Notes: generated by a model not told the origin, from the sequence alone. 64,000 nt of DNA from Eledone cirrhosa (GCA_964016885.1 OZ024745.1:60016001-60080000); one strand, 5' to 3'; positions 25,765-40,470 are shown, numbered from the stretch's first letter. A program made the numbers and translations.

Positions 25765-28120
25765 ACTCTGAGTGAAAACCTCGACTTGGAGTGAAAACCT
25801 CGACTTGGAGTGAGAACCTCGACTTGGAGTGAGAACCTCGACTTGGAGTGAGAACCTCGACTTGGAGTGAAAACCTCGACTTGGAGTGAAAACCTCGACT
25901 TGGAGTGAGAACCTCGACTTGGAGTGAAAATCTCGACTTGGAGTGAGAACCTCGACTTGGAGTGAAAACCTCGACTTGGAGTGAAAACCTCGACTTGGAG
26001 TGAGAACCTCGACTTGGAGTGAGAACCTCGATTTGGAGTGAAAACCTCGACTTGGAGTGAGAACCTCGACTTGGAGTGAGAACCTCGACTTGGAGTGAGA
26101 ACCTCGACTTGGAGTGAAAACCTCGACTTGGATTGAGAACCTCGACTTGGAGTAAAAACCTCGACTTGGAGTGAGAACCTCGACTTGGAGTGAGAACCTC
26201 GACTTGGAGTGAGAACCTCGACTTGAAGTGAGAACCTCGACTTGGAGTGAGAACCTCGACTTGGAGTGAAAACCTCGACTTGGAGTGAAAACTTCGACTT
26301 GGAGTGAGAACCTCGACTTGGAGTGAGAACCTCGACTTGGAGTGAGAACCTCGACTTGGAGTGAGAACCTCGACTTGGAGTGATAACCTCGACTTGGAGT
26401 GAGAACCTCGACTTGGAGTGAGAACCTCGACTTGGAGTGAAAACCTCGACTTGGAGTGAGAACCTCGACTTGGAGTGAGAACCTCGACTTGGAGTGAAAA
26501 CCTCGACTTGGAGTGAAAACCTCGACTTGGAGTGAGAACCTCGACTTGGAGTGAAAACCTCGACTTGGAGTGAGAACCTCGACTTGGAGTGAAAACCTCG
26601 ACTTGGCGTGAGAACCTCGACTTGGAGTGAGAACCTCGACTTTGAGTGAAAACCTCGACTTGGAGAGAGAACCTCGACTTGGAGTGAAAACCTCGACTTT
26701 GAGTGAAAACCTCGACTTGGAGTGAGAACCTCGACTTTGAGTGAGAACCTCGACTTGGAGTGAGAACCTCGACTTGGAGTGAGAACCTCGACTTGGAGTG
26801 AGAACCTCGACTTGGAGTGAGAACCTCGACTTGGAGTGAGAACCTCGACTTGGAGTGAGAACCTCGACTTGGAGTGAGAACCTCGACTTGGAGTGAAAAC
26901 CTCGACTTGGAGTGAGAACCTCGACTTGGAGTGAAAACCTCGACTTGGAGTGAGAACCTCGACTTGGAGTGAAAACCTCGACTTGGAGTGAGAACCTCGA
27001 CTTGGAGTGAAAACCTCGACTTGGAGTGAGAACCTCGACTTGGAGTGAAAACCTCGACTTGGAGTGAGAACCTCGACTTGGAGTGAAAACCTCGACTTGG
27101 AGTGAGAACCTCGACTTGGAGTGAGAACCTCGACTTTGAGTGAAAACCTCGACTTGGAGAGAGAACCTCGACTTGGAGAGAGAACCTCGACTTGGAGTGA
27201 AAACCTCGACTTTGAGTGAAAACCTCGACTTGGAGTGAAAACCTCGACTTGGAGTGAGAACCTCGACTTGGAGTGGAAACCTCGACTTGGAGTGGAAACC
27301 TCGACTTGGAGTGAAAACCTCGACTTGGAGTGAGAACCTCGACTTGGAGTGAGAACCTCGACTTGGAGTGAGAACCTCGACTTGGAGTGAGAACCTCGAC
27401 TTGGAGTGAGAACCTCGACTTGGAGTGAAAACCTCGACTTGGAGTGAAAACCTCGACTTGGAGTGAAAACCTCGACTTGGAGTGAGAACCTCGACTTGGA
27501 GTGAGAACCTCGACTTGGAGTGACAACCTCGACTTGGAGTGGAAACCTCGACTTGGAGTGAAAACCTCGACTTGGAGTGAATACCTCGACTTGGAATGAG
27601 AACCTCGACTTGGAGTGAGAACCTCGACTTGGAGTGAAAACCTCGACTTGGAGTGAGAACCTTGACTTGGAGTGAGAACCTCGACTTGGAGTGAAAACCT
27701 CGACTTGGAGTGAGAACCTCGACTTGGAGTGAGAACCTCGACTTGGAGTGAGAACCTCGACGTGGAGTGAGAACCTCGACTTGGAGTGAGAACCTCGACT
27801 TGGAGTGAAAACCTCGACTTGGAGTGAGAACCTCGACTTGGAGTGAAAACCTCGACTTGGTGTGAGAACCTCGACTTGGAGTGAGAACCTCGACTTGGAG
27901 TGAAAACCTCGACTTGGAGTGAAAACCTCGACTTGGAGTGAAAACCTCGACTTGGAGTGAGAACCTCGACTTGGAGTGAAAACCTCGACTTGGAGTGAGA
28001 ACCTCTACTTGGAGTGAAAACCTCGACTTGGAGTGTAAACTGCGACTTGGAGTGAGTACCTCGACTTGGAGTGAAAACCTCGACTTGGAGTGTAAACTGC
28101 GACTTGGAGTGTAAACTGCG

Positions 28121-28519
28121 ACTTGGAGTGTAATGTACAACTTGGAGCATAATGTACAACTTGGAGCATAATGTACGACTTGGAGCATAATGTACGACTT
28201 AGAGTGTAATGTAGGACTTAGAGTGTAATGTAGGACTTAGAGTGTAATGTAGGACTTAGAGTGTAATGTAGGACTTAGAGTGTAATGTAGGACTAGGAGC
28301 ATAATGTAGGACTAGGAGCATAATGTACGACTTGGAGTGTAATGTAGGACTTGGAGTGTAATGTAGGACTTGGAGTGTAAACTGCGAGTTGAAATATAAA
28401 TTGCGACTTGGATTGTAAACCTTGACTTGCAGTGTATTGAACAACTTGGGGTGTATACTGCGGCTTGGAGTGTAAACTGCGGCTCCGAATATAAACTACG
28501 ACTTGCAGTGTCATATATG
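28121..28519. repeat. Cassette copy 12
   Basis: +2755 bp (145 monomers). Confidence 0.95.
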
Positions 28520-29906
28520 ACTCTGAGTGAAAACCTCGACTTGGAGTGAAAACCTCGACTTGGAGTGAGAACCTCGACTTGGAGTGAGAACCTCGACTTG
28601 GAGTGAAAACCTCGACTTGGAGTGAGAACCTCGACTTGGAGTGAAAACCTCGACTTGGAGTGAAAACCTCGACTTGGAGTGAGAACCTCGACTTGGAGTG
28701 AAAATCTCGACTTGGAGTGAGAACCTCGACTTGGAGTGAAAACCTCGACTTGGAGTGAAAACCTCGACTTGGAGTGAGAACCTCGACTTGGAGTGAGAAC
28801 CTCGATTTGGAGTGAAAACCTCGACTTGGAGTGAGAACCTCGACTTGCAGTGAAAACCTCGACTTGGAGTGAGAACCTCGACTTGCAGTGAAAACCTCGA
28901 CTTGGAGTGAGAACCTCGACTTGGAGTGAAAACCTCGACTTGCAGTGAAAACCTCGACTTGGAGTGAGAACCTCGACTTGGAGTGAAAACCTCGACTTGG
29001 AGTGAAAACCTCGACTTGGAATGAAGACCTCGACTTGGAGTGAGAACCTCGACTTGGAGTGAGAACCTCGACTTGGAGTGAGAACCTCGACTTGGAGTGA
29101 GAACCTCGACTTGGAGTGAGAACCTCGACTTGGAGTGTAAACTGCGACTCTGAGTGAAAACCTCGACGTGGAGTGAGAACCTCGACTTGGAGTGAAAACC
29201 TCGACTTGGAGTGAGAACCTCGACTTGGAGTGAGAACCTCGACTTGGAGTGAAAACCTCGACTTGGAGTGAAAACCTCGACTTGGAGTGAAAACCTCGAC
29301 TTGGAGTGAGAACCTCGACTTGGAGTGAAAACCTCGACTTGGAGTGAAAACCTCGACTTGGAGTGAGAACCTCGACTTGGAGTGAGAACCTCGACTTGGA
29401 GTGAGAACCTCGACTTGGAGTGTAAACTGCGACTCTGAGTGAAAACCTCGACTTGGAGTGAGAACCTCGACTTGGAGTGAAAACCTCGACTTGGAGTGAG
29501 AACCTCGACTTGGAGTCAGAACCTCGACTTGGAGTCAGAACCTCGACTTGGAGTCAGAACCTCGACTTGGAGTCAGAACCTCGACTTGGAGTCAGAACCT
29601 CGACTTGGAGTGAAAACCTCGACTTGGAGTGAAAACCTCGACTTGGAGTGAGAACCTCGACTTGGAGTCAGAACCTCGACTTGGAGTGAAAACCTCGACT
29701 TGGAGTGAAAACCTCGACTTGGAGTGAGAACCTCGACTTGGAGTGAGAACCTCGACTTGGAGTGAAAACCTCGACTTGGAGTGAGAACCTCTACTTGGAG
29801 TGAAAACCTCGACTTGGAGTGTAAACTGCGACTTGGAGTGAGAACCTCGACTTGGAGTGAAAACCTCGACTTGGAGTGTAAACTGCGACTTGGAGTGTAA
29901 ACTGCG

Positions 29907-30305
29907 ACTTGGAGTGTAATGTACAACTTGGAGCATAATGTACAACTTGGAGCATAATGTACGACTTGGAGCATAATGTACGACTTAGAGTGTAATGTAG
30001 GACTTAGAGTGTAATGTAGGACTTAGAGTGTAATGTAGGACTTAGAGTGTAATGTAGGACTTAGAGTGTAATGTAGGACTAGGAGCATAATGTAGGACTA
30101 GGAGCATAATGTACGACTTGGAGTGTAATGTAGGACTTGGAGTGTAATGTAGGACTTGGAGTGTAAACTGCGAGTTGAAATATAAATTGCGACTTGGATT
30201 GTAAACCTTGACTTGCAGTGTATTGAACAACTTGGGGTGTATACTGCGGCTTGGAGTGTAAACTGCGGCTCCGAATATAAACTACGACTTGCAGTGTCAT
30301 ATATG
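29907..30305. repeat. Cassette copy 13
   Basis: +1786 bp (94 monomers). Confidence 0.95.
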
Positions 30306-32756
30306 ACTCTGAGTGAAAACCTCGACTTGGAGTGAAAACCTCGACTTGGAGTGAGAACCTCGACTTGGAGTGAGAACCTCGACTTGGAGTGAAAACCTCG
30401 ACTTGGAGTGAGAACCTCGACTTGGAGTGAAAACCTCGACTTGGAGTGAAAACCTCGACTTGGAGTGAGAACCTCGACTTGGAGTGAAAATCTCGACTTG
30501 GAGTGAGAACCTCGACTTGGAGTGAAAACCTCGACTTGGAGTGAAAACCTCGACTTGGAGTGAGAACCTCGACTTGGAGTGAGAACCTCGATTTGGAGTG
30601 AAAACCTCGACTTGGAGTGAGAACCTCGACTTGGAGTGAGAACCTCGACTTGGAGTGAGAACCTCGACTTGGAGTGAAAACCTCGACTTGGATTGAGAAC
30701 CTCGACTTGGAGTAAAAACCTCGACTTGGAGTGAGAACCTCGACTTGGAGTGAGAACCTCGACTTGGAGTGAGAACCTCGACTTGAAGTGAGAACCTCGA
30801 CTTGGAGTGAGAACCTCGACTTGGAGTGAAAACCTCGACTTGGAGTGAAAACTTCGACTTGGAGTGAGAACCTCGACTTGGAGTGAGAACCTCGACTTGG
30901 AGTGAGAACCTCGACTTGGAGTGAGAACCTCGACTTGGAGTGATAACCTCGACTTGGAGTGAGAACCTCGACTTGGAGTGAGAACCTCGACTTGGAGTGA
31001 AAACCTCGACTTGGAGTGAGAACCTCGACTTGGAGTGAAAACCTCGACTTGGAGTGAGAACCTCGACTTGGAGCGAAAACCTCGACTTGGAGTGAGAACC
31101 TCGACTTGGAGTGAAAACCTCGACTTGGAGTGAGAACCTCGACTTGGAGTGAGAACCTCGACTTTGAGTGAAAACCTCGACTTGGAGAGAGAACCTCGAC
31201 TTGGAGTGAAAACCTCGACTTTGAGTGAAAACCTCGACTTGGAGTGAGAACCTCGACTTTGAGTGAGAACCTCGACTTGGAGTGAGAACCTCGACTTGGA
31301 GTGAGAACCTCGACTTGGAGTGAGAACCTCGACTTGGAGTGAGAACCTCGACTTGGAGTGAGAACCTCGACTTGGAGTGAGAACCTCGACTTGGAGTGAG
31401 AACCTCGACTTGGAGTGAAAACCTCGACTTGGAGTGAGAACCTCGACTTGGAGTGAAAACCTCGACTTGGAGTGAGAACCTCGACTTGGAGTGAAAACCT
31501 CGACTTGGAGTGAGAACCTCGACTTGGAGTGAAAACCTCGACTTGGAGTGAGAACCTCGACTTGGAGTGAAAACCTCGACTTGGAGTGAGAACCTCGACT
31601 TGCAGTGAAAACCTCGACTTGGAGTGAGAACCTCGACTTGCAGTGAAAACCTCGACTTGGAGTGAGAACCTCGACTTGGAGTGAAAACCTCGACTTGCAG
31701 TGAAAACCTCGACTTGGAGTGAGAACCTCGACTTGGAGTGAAAACCTCGACTTGGAGTGAAAACCTCGACTTGGAATGAAAACCTCGACTTGGAGTGAGA
31801 ACCTCGACTTGGAGTGAGAACCTCGACTTGGAGTGAGAACCTCGACTTGGAGTGAGAACCTCGACTTGGAGTGAGAACCTCGACTTGGAGTGTAAACTGC
31901 GACTCTGAGTGAAAACCTCGACTTGGAGTGAGAACCTCGACTTGGAGTGAAAACCTCGACTTGGAGTGAGAACCTCGACTTGGAGTGAGAACCTCGACTT
32001 GGAGTGAAAACCTCGACTTGGAGTGAAAACCTCGACTTGGAGTGAAAACCTCGACTTGGAGTGAGAACCTCGACTTGGAGTGAAAACCTCGACTTGGAGT
32101 GAAAACCTCGACTTGGAGTGTAAACTGCGACTCTGAGTGAAAACCTCGACTTGGAGTGAGAACCTCGACTTGGAGTGAAAACCTCGACTTGGAGTGAGAA
32201 CCTCGACTTGGAGTGAGAACCTCGACTTGGAGTGAAAACCTCGACTTGGAGTGAAAACCTCGACTTGGAGTGAGAACCTCGACTTGGAGTGAGAACCTCG
32301 ACTTGGAGTGAGAACCTCGACTTGGAGTGAGAACCTCGACTTGGAGTGTAAACTGCGACTCTGAGTGAAAACCTCGACTTGGAGTGAGAACCTCGACTTG
32401 GAGTGAAAACCTCGACTTGGAGTGAGAACCTCGACTTGGAGTCAGAACCTCGACTTGGAGTCAGAACCTCGACTTGGAGTCAGAACCTCGACTTGGAGTC
32501 AGAACCTCGACTTGGAGTCAGAACCTCGACTTGGAGTCAGAACCTCGACTTGGAGTGAAAACCTCGACTTGGAGTGAAAACCTCGACTTGGAGTGAGAAC
32601 CTCGACTTGGAGTGAAAACCTCGACTTGGAGTGAGAACCTCTACTTGGAGTGAAAACCTCGACTTGGAGTGTAAACTGCGACTTGGAGTGAGAACCTCGA
32701 CTTGGAGTGAAAACCTCGACTTGGAGTGTAAACTGCGACTTGGAGTGTAAACTGCG

Positions 32757-33155
32757 ACTTGGAGTGTAATGTACAACTTGGAGCATAATGTACAACTTGG
32801 AGCATAATGTACGACTTGGAGCATAATGTACGACTTAGAGTGTAATGTAGGACTTAGAGTGTAATGTAGGACTTAGAGTGTAATGTAGGACTTAGAGTGT
32901 AATGTAGGACTTAGAGTGTAATGTAGGACTAGGAGCATAATGTAGGACTAGGAGCATAATGTACGACTTGGAGTGTAATGTAGGACTTGGAGTGTAATGT
33001 AGGACTTGGAGTGTAAACTGCGAGTTGAAATATAAATTGCGACTTGGATTGTAAACCTTGACTTGCAGTGTATTGAACAACTTGGGGTGTATACTGCGGC
33101 TTGGAGTGTAAACTGCGGCTCCGAATATAAACTACGACTTGCAGTGTCATATATG
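32757..33155. repeat. Cassette copy 14
   Basis: +2850 bp (150 monomers). Confidence 0.95.
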
Positions 33156-34105
33156 ACTCTGAGTGAAAACCTCGACTTGGAGTGAAAACCTCGACTTGGA
33201 GTCAGAACCTCGACTTGGAGTGAGAACCTCGACTTGGAGTGAGAACCTCGACTTGGAGTGAAAACCTCGACTTGGAGTGAGAACCTCGACTTGGAGTGAG
33301 AACCTCGACTTGGAGTGAGAACCTCGACTTGGAGTGAAAACCTCGACTTGGAGTGAGAACCTCGACTTGGAGTGAAAACCTCGACTTGGAGTGAAAACCT
33401 CGACTTGGAGTGAAAACCTCGACTTGGAGTGAAAACCTCGACTTGGAGTGAGAACCTCGACTTGGAGTGAAAACCTCGACTTGGTGTGAGAACCTCGACT
33501 TGGAGTGAGAACCTCGACTTGGAGTGAGAACGTCGAATTGGAGTGAGAACGTCGACTTGGAGTGAGAACCTCGACTTGGAGTGAAAACCTCGACTTGGAG
33601 TGAAAACCTCGACTTGGAGTGAGAACCTCGACTTGGAGTGAGAACCTCGACTTGGAGTGAAAACCTCGACTTGGAGTGAGAACCTCGACTTGGAGTGAGA
33701 ACCTCGACTTGGAGTGAAAACCTCGACTTGGAGTGAGAACCTCGACTTGGAGTGAGAACCTCGACTTGGAGTGAAAACCTCGACTTGGAGTGAAAACTTC
33801 GACTTGGAGTGAGAACCTCGACTTGGAGTGAGAACCTCGACTTGGAGTGAGAACCTCGACTTGGAGTGAAAACCTCGACTTGGTGCGAGAACCTCGACTT
33901 GGAGTTAAAACCTCGACTTGGAGTGAGAACCTCGACTTTGAGTGAGAACCTCGACTTGGAGTGAAAACCTCGACTTGGAGTGAGAACCTCTACTTGGAGT
34001 GAAAACCTCGACTTGGAGTGTAAACTGCGACTTGGAGTGAGAACCTCGACTTGGAGTGAAAACCTCGACTTGGAGTGTAAACTGCGACTTGGAGTGTAAA
34101 CTGCG

Positions 34106-34504
34106 ACTTGGAGTGTAATGTACAACTTGGAGCATAATGTACAACTTGGAGCATAATGTACGACTTGGAGCATAATGTACGACTTAGAGTGTAATGTAGG
34201 ACTTAGAGTGTAATGTAGGACTTAGAGTGTAATGTAGGACTTAGAGTGTAATGTAGGACTTAGAGTGTAATGTAGGACTAGGAGCATAATGTAGGACTAG
34301 GAGCATAATGTACGACTTGGAGTGTAATGTAGGACTTGGAGTGTAATGTAGGACTTGGAGTGTAAACTGCGAGTTGAAATATAAATTGCGACTTGGATTG
34401 TAAACCTTGACTTGCAGTGTATTGAACAACTTGGGGTGTATACTGCGGCTTGGAGTGTAAACTGCGGCTCCGAATATAAACTACGACTTGCAGTGTCATA
34501 TATG
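34106..34504. repeat. Cassette copy 15
   Basis: +1349 bp (71 monomers), the same spacing as copy 1 to copy 2. Confidence 0.95.
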
Positions 34505-37500
34505 ACTCTGAGTGAAAACCTCGACTTGGAGTGAAAACCTCGACTTGGAGTGAGAACCTCGACTTGGAGTGAGAACCTCGACTTGGAGTGAAAACCTCGA
34601 CTTGGAGTGAGAACCTCGACTTGGAGTGAAAACCTCGACTTGGAGTGAAAACCTCGACTTGGAGTGAGAACCTCGACTTGGAGTGAAAACCTCGACTTGG
34701 AGTGAAAACCTCGACTTGGAGTGAGAACCTCGACTTGGAGTGAAAACCTCGACTTGGAGTGAGAACCTCGACTTGGAGTGAAAACCTCGACTTGGAGTGA
34801 AAACCTCGACTTGGAGTGAGAACCTCGACTTGGAGTGAGAACCTCGACTTGGAGTGAAAACCTCGACTTGGAGTGAGAACCTCGACTTGGAGTGAGAACC
34901 TCGACTTGGAGTGAGAACCTCGACTTGGAGTGAAAACCTCGACTTGGAGTGAAAACCTCGACTTGGATTGAGAACCTCGACTTGGAGTGAAAACCTCGAC
35001 TTGGAGTGAGAACCTCGACTTGGAGTGAGAACCTCGACTTGGAGTGAGAACCTCGACTTGAAGTGAGAACCTCGACTTGGAGTGAGAACCTCGACTTGGA
35101 GTGAGAACCTCGACTTGGAGTGAAAACTTCGACTTGGAGTGAGAACCTCGACTTGGAGTGAGAACCTCGACTTGGAGTGAGAACCTCGACTTGGAGTGAG
35201 AACCTCGACTTGGAGTGATAACCTCGACTTGGAGTGAGAACCTCGACTTGGAGTGAGAACCTCGACTTGGAGTGAAAACCTCGACTTGGAGTGAGAACCT
35301 CGACTTGGAGTGAAAACCTCGACTTGGAGTGAGAACCTCGACTTGGAGTGAAAACCTCGACTTGGAGTGAGAACCTCGACTTGGAGTGAAAACCTCGACT
35401 TGGAGTGAGAACCTCAACTTGGAGTGAGAACCTCGACTTTGAGTGAAAACCTCGACTTGGAGAGAGAACCTCGACTTGGAGTGAAAACCTCGACTTTGAG
35501 TGAAAACCTCGACTTGGAGTGAGAACCTCGACTTTGAGTGAGAACCTCGACTTGGAGTGAGAACCTCGACTTGGAGTGAGAACCTCGACTTGGAGTGAGA
35601 ACCTCGACTTGGAGTGAGAACCTCGACTTGGAGTGAGAACCTCGACTTGGAGTGAGAACCTCGACTTGGAGTGAAAACTTCGACTTGGAGTGAGAACCTC
35701 GACTTGGAGTGAGAACCTCGACTTGGAGTGAGAACCTCGACTTGGAGTGAGAACCTCGACTTGGAGTGATAACCTCGACTTGGAGTGAGAACCTCGACTT
35801 GGAGTGAGAACCTCGACTTGGAGTGAAAACCTCGACTTGGAGTGATAACCTCGACTTGGAGTGAGAACCTCGACTTGGAGTGAGAACCTCGACTTGGAGT
35901 GAAAACCTCGACTTGGAGTGAGAACCTCGACTTGGAGTGAAAACCTCGACTTGGAGTGAGAACCTCGACTTGGAGTGAAAACTTCGACTTGGAGTGAGAA
36001 CCTCGACTTGGAGTGAGAACCTCGACTTGGAGTGAGAACCTCGACTTGGAGTGAGAACCTCGACTTGGAGTGATAACCTCGACTTGGAGTGAGAACCTCG
36101 ACTTGGAGTGAGAACCTCGACTTGGAGTGAGAACCTCGACTTGGAGTGATAACCTCGACTTGGAGTGAGAACCTCGACTTGGAGTGAGAACCTCGACTTG
36201 GAGTGAAAACCTCGACTTGGAGTGAGAACCTCGACTTGGAGTGAAAACCTCGACTTGGAGTGAGAACCTCGACTTGGAGTGAAAACCTCGACTTGGAGTG
36301 AGAACCTCGACTTGGAGTGAAAACCTCGACTTGGAGTGAGAACCTCGACTTGGAGTGAGAACCTCGACTTTGAGTGAAAACCTCGACTTGGAGAGAGAAC
36401 CTCGACTTGGAGTGAAAACCTCGACTTTGAGTGAAAACCTCGACTTGGAGTGAGAACCTCGACTTGGAGTGAGAACCTCGACTTGGAGTGAGAACCTCGA
36501 CTTGGAGTGAGAACCTCGACTTGGAGTGAGAACCTCGACTTGGAGTGAGAACCTCGACTTGGAGTGAGAACCTCGACTTGGAGTGAGAACCTCGACTTGG
36601 AGTGAGAACCTCGACTTGGAGTGAAAACCTCGACTTGGAGTGAGAACCTCGACTTGGAGTGAAAACCTCGACTTGGAGTGAGAACCTCGACTTGGAGTGA
36701 AAACCTCGACTTGGAGTGAGAACCTCGACTTGGAGTGAAAACCTCGACTTGGAGTGAGAACCTCGACTTGGAGTGAAAACCTCGACTTGGAGTGAGAACC
36801 TCGACTTGGAGTGAGAACCTCGACTTTGAGTGAAAACCTCGACTTGGAGAGAGAACCTCGACTTGGAGAGAGAACCTCGACTTGGAGTGAAAACCTCGAC
36901 TTTGAGTGAAAACCTCGACTTGGAGTGAAAACCTCGACTTGGAGTGAGAACCTCGACTTGGAGTGGAAACCTCGACTTGGAGTGGAAACCTCGACTTGGA
37001 GTGAAAACCTCGACTTGGAGTGAGAACCTCGACTTGGAGTGATAACCTCGACTTGGAGTGAGAACCTCGACTTGGAGTGAGAACCTCGACTTGGAGTGAA
37101 AACCTCGACTTGGAGTGAAAACCTCGACTTGGAGTGAAAACCTCGACTTGGAGTGAGAACCTCGACTTGGAGTGAGAACCTCGACTTGGAGTGACAACCT
37201 CGACTTGGAGTGGAAACCTCGACTTGGAGTGAAAACCTCGACTTGGAGTGAAAACCTCGACTTGGAATGAGAACCTCGACTTGGAGTGAGAACCTCGACT
37301 TGGAGTGAAAACCTCGACTTGGAGTGAGAACCTTGACTTGGAGTGAGAACCTCGACTTGGAGTGAAAACCTCGACTTGGAGTGAGAACCTCGACTTGGCG
37401 TGAGAACCTCGACTTGGAGTGAGAACCTCGACGTGGAGTGAGAACCTCGACTTGGAGTGAGAACCTCGACTTGGAGTGAAAACCTCGACTTGGAGTGAGA

Positions 37501-38798
37501 ACCTCGACTTGGAGTGAAAACCTCGACTTGGTGTGAGAACCTCGACTTGGAGTGAGAACCTCGACTTGGAGTGAAAACCTCGACTTGGAGTGAAAACCTC
37601 GACTTGGAGTGAAAACCTCGACTTGGAGTGAAAACCTCGACTTGGAGTGAGAACCTCGACTTGCAGTGAAAACCTCGACTTGGAGTGAGAACCTCGACTT
37701 GGAGTGAGAACCTCGATTTGCAGTGAAAACCTCGACTTGGAGTGAGAACCTCGACTTGCAGTGAAAACCTCGACTTGGAGTGAGAACCTCGACTTGCAGT
37801 GAAAACCTCGACTTGGATTGAGAACCTCGACTTGCAGTGAAAACCTCGACTTGGAGTGAGAACCTCGACTTGGAGTGAAAACCTCGACTTGCAGTGAAAA
37901 CCTCGACTTGGAGTGAGAACCTCGACTTGGAGTGAAAACCTCGACTTGGAGTGAAAACCTCGACTTGGAATGAAAACCTCGACTTGGAGTGAGAACCTCG
38001 ACTTGGAGTGAGAACCTCGACTTGGAGTGAGAACCTCGACTTGGAGTGAGAACCTCGACTTGGAGTCAGAACCTCGACTTGGAGTGAGAACCTCGACTTG
38101 GAGTGTAAACTGCGACTCTGAGTGAAAACCTCGACTTGGAGTGAGAACCTCGACTTGAAGTGAAAACCTCGACTTGGAGTGAGAACCTCGACTTGGAGTG
38201 AGAACCTCGACTTGGAGTGAAAACCTCGACTTGGAGTGAAAACCTCGACTTGGAGTGAAAACCTCGACTTGGAGTGAGAACCTCGACTTGGAGTGAAAAC
38301 CTCGACTTGGAGTGAAAACCTCGACTTGGAGTGAGAACCTCGACTTGGAGTGAGAACCTCGACTTGGAGTGAGAACCTCGACTTGGAGTGAGAACCTCGA
38401 CTTGGAGTGTAAACTGCGACTCTGAGTGAAAACCTCGACTTGGAGTGAGAACCTCGACTTGGAGTGAAAACCTCGACTTGGAGTGAGAACCTCGACTTGG
38501 AGTCAGAACCTCGACTTGGAGTCAGAACCTCGACTTGGAGTCAGAACCTCGACTTGGAGTCAGAACCTCGACTTCGAGTGAAAACCTCGACTTGGAGTGA
38601 AAACCTCGACTTGGAGTGAGAACCTCGACTTGGAGTGAGAACCTCGACTTGGAGTGAAAACCTCGACTTGGAGTGAGAACCTCTACTTGGAGTGAAAACC
38701 TCGACTTGGAGTGTAAACTGCGACTTGGAGTGAGAACCTCGACTTGGAGTGAAAACCTCGACTTGGAGTGTAAACTGCGACTTGGAGTGTAAACTGCG

Positions 38799-39159
38799 AC
38801 TTGGAGTGTAATGTACAACTTGGAGCATAATGTACAACTTGGAGCATAATGTACGACTTGGAGCATAATGTACGACTTAGAGTGTAATGTAGGACTTAGA
38901 GTGTAATGTAGGACTTAGAGTGTAATGTAGGACTAGGAGCATAATGTAGGACTAGGAGCATAATGTACGACTTGGAGAGTAATGTAGGACTTGGAGTGTA
39001 ATGTAGGACTTGGAGTGTAAACTGCGAGTTGAAATATAAATTGCGACTTGGATTGTAAACCTTGACTTGCAGTGTATTGAACAACTTGGGGTGTATACTG
39101 CGGCTTGGAGTGTAAACTGCGGCTCCGAATATAAACTACGACTTGCAGTGTCATATATG
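38799..39159. repeat. Cassette copy 16 (19 monomers; GGAGAGTAAT subtype)
   Basis: +4655 bp (245 monomers, measured at the right end); only 3 TTAGAG monomers. Confidence 0.95.
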
Positions 39160-40071
39160 ACTCTGAGTGAACACTTCAACTTGGAGTGAAAACCTCGACT
39201 TGGAGTGAGAACCTCGACTTGGAGTGAGAACCTCGACTTGGAGTGAAAACCTCGACTTGGAGTGAGAACCTCGACTTGGAGTGAAAACCTCGACTTGGAG
39301 TGAAAACCTCGACTTGGAGTGAGAACCTCGACTTGGAGTGAGAACCTCGACTTGGAGTGAGAACCTCGACTTGGAGTGAAAACCTCGACTTGGAGTGAGA
39401 ACCTCGACTTGGAGTGAGAACCTCGACTTGGAGTGAGAACCTCGACTTGGAGTGAAAACCTCGACTTGGAGTGAGAACCTCGACTTGGAGTGAAAACCTC
39501 GACTTGGAGTGAAAACCTCGACTTGGAGTGAAAACCTCGACTTGGAGTGAAAACCTCGACTTGGAGTGAGAACCTCGACTTGGAGTGAAAACCTCGACTT
39601 GGAGTGAGAACCTCGACTTGGAGTGAGAACCTCGACTTGGAGTGAGAACGTCGACTTGGAGTGAGAACGTCGACTTGGAGTGAGAACCTCGACTTGGAGT
39701 GAAAACCTCGACTTGGAGTGAAAACCTCGACTTGGAGTGAGAACCTCGACTTGGAGTGAGAACCTCGACTTGGAGTGAAAACCTCGACTTGGAGTGAGAA
39801 CCTCGACTTGGAGTGAGAACCTCGACTTGGAGTGAAAACCTCGACTTGGAGTGAAAACTTCGACTTGGAGTGAGAACCTCGACTTTGAGTGAGAACCTCG
39901 ACTTGGAGTGAAAACCTCGACTTGGAGTGAGAACCTCTACTTGGAGTGAAAACCTCTACTTGGAGTGAAAACCTCGACTTGGAGTGTAAACTGCGACTTG
40001 GAGTGAGAACCTCGACTTGGAGTGAAAACCTCGACTTGGAGTGTAAACTGCGACTTGGAGTGTAAACTGCG

Positions 40072-40470
40072 ACTTGGAGTGTAATGTACAACTTGGAGCA
40101 TAATGTACAACTTGGAGCATAATGTACGACTTGGAGCATAATGTACGACTTAGAGTGTAATGTAGGACTTAGAGTGTAATGTAGGACTTAGAGTGTAATG
40201 TAGGACTTAGAGTGTAATGTAGGACTTAGAGTGTAATGTAGGACTAGGAGCATAATGTAGGACTAGGAGCATAATGTACGACTTGGAGTGTAATGTAGGA
40301 CTTGGAGTGTAATGTAGGACTTGGAGTGTAAACTGCGAGTTGAAATATAAATTGCGACTTGGATTGTAAACCTTGACTTGCAGTGTATTGAACAACTTGG
40401 GGTGTATACTGCGGCTTGGAGTGTAAACTGCGGCTCCGAATATAAACTACGACTTGCAGTGTCATATCTG
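40072..40470. repeat. Cassette copy 17 (CATATCTG subtype)
   Basis: +1311 bp (69 monomers, right end). Confidence 0.95.

Larger units (their letters stand above)
1312..32756. repeat. Third-level super-repeat unit 1 (31,445 bp; block order A, B/A, B, C, D, E, F, G, H, I, I, H, I')
   Basis: Blocks typed by ordered rare variants. A: AACGTCG x2, GGTGCG, AGTTAA. B: GGATTG, TTGAAG, GATAACC, GACAACC. C: GAACACTTCAAC and double CTCTAC. D: GGGGTG, TTGTAG, AACCACG, GAGGGAA. E: CGATTTGG-rich. F: AACATCG, TTTGTG, AGTAAG. G: CTCCAC, TTTGAATG. H/I: AAATCTCG; I also AGTAAAA and GAATACC. Confidence 0.8.
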
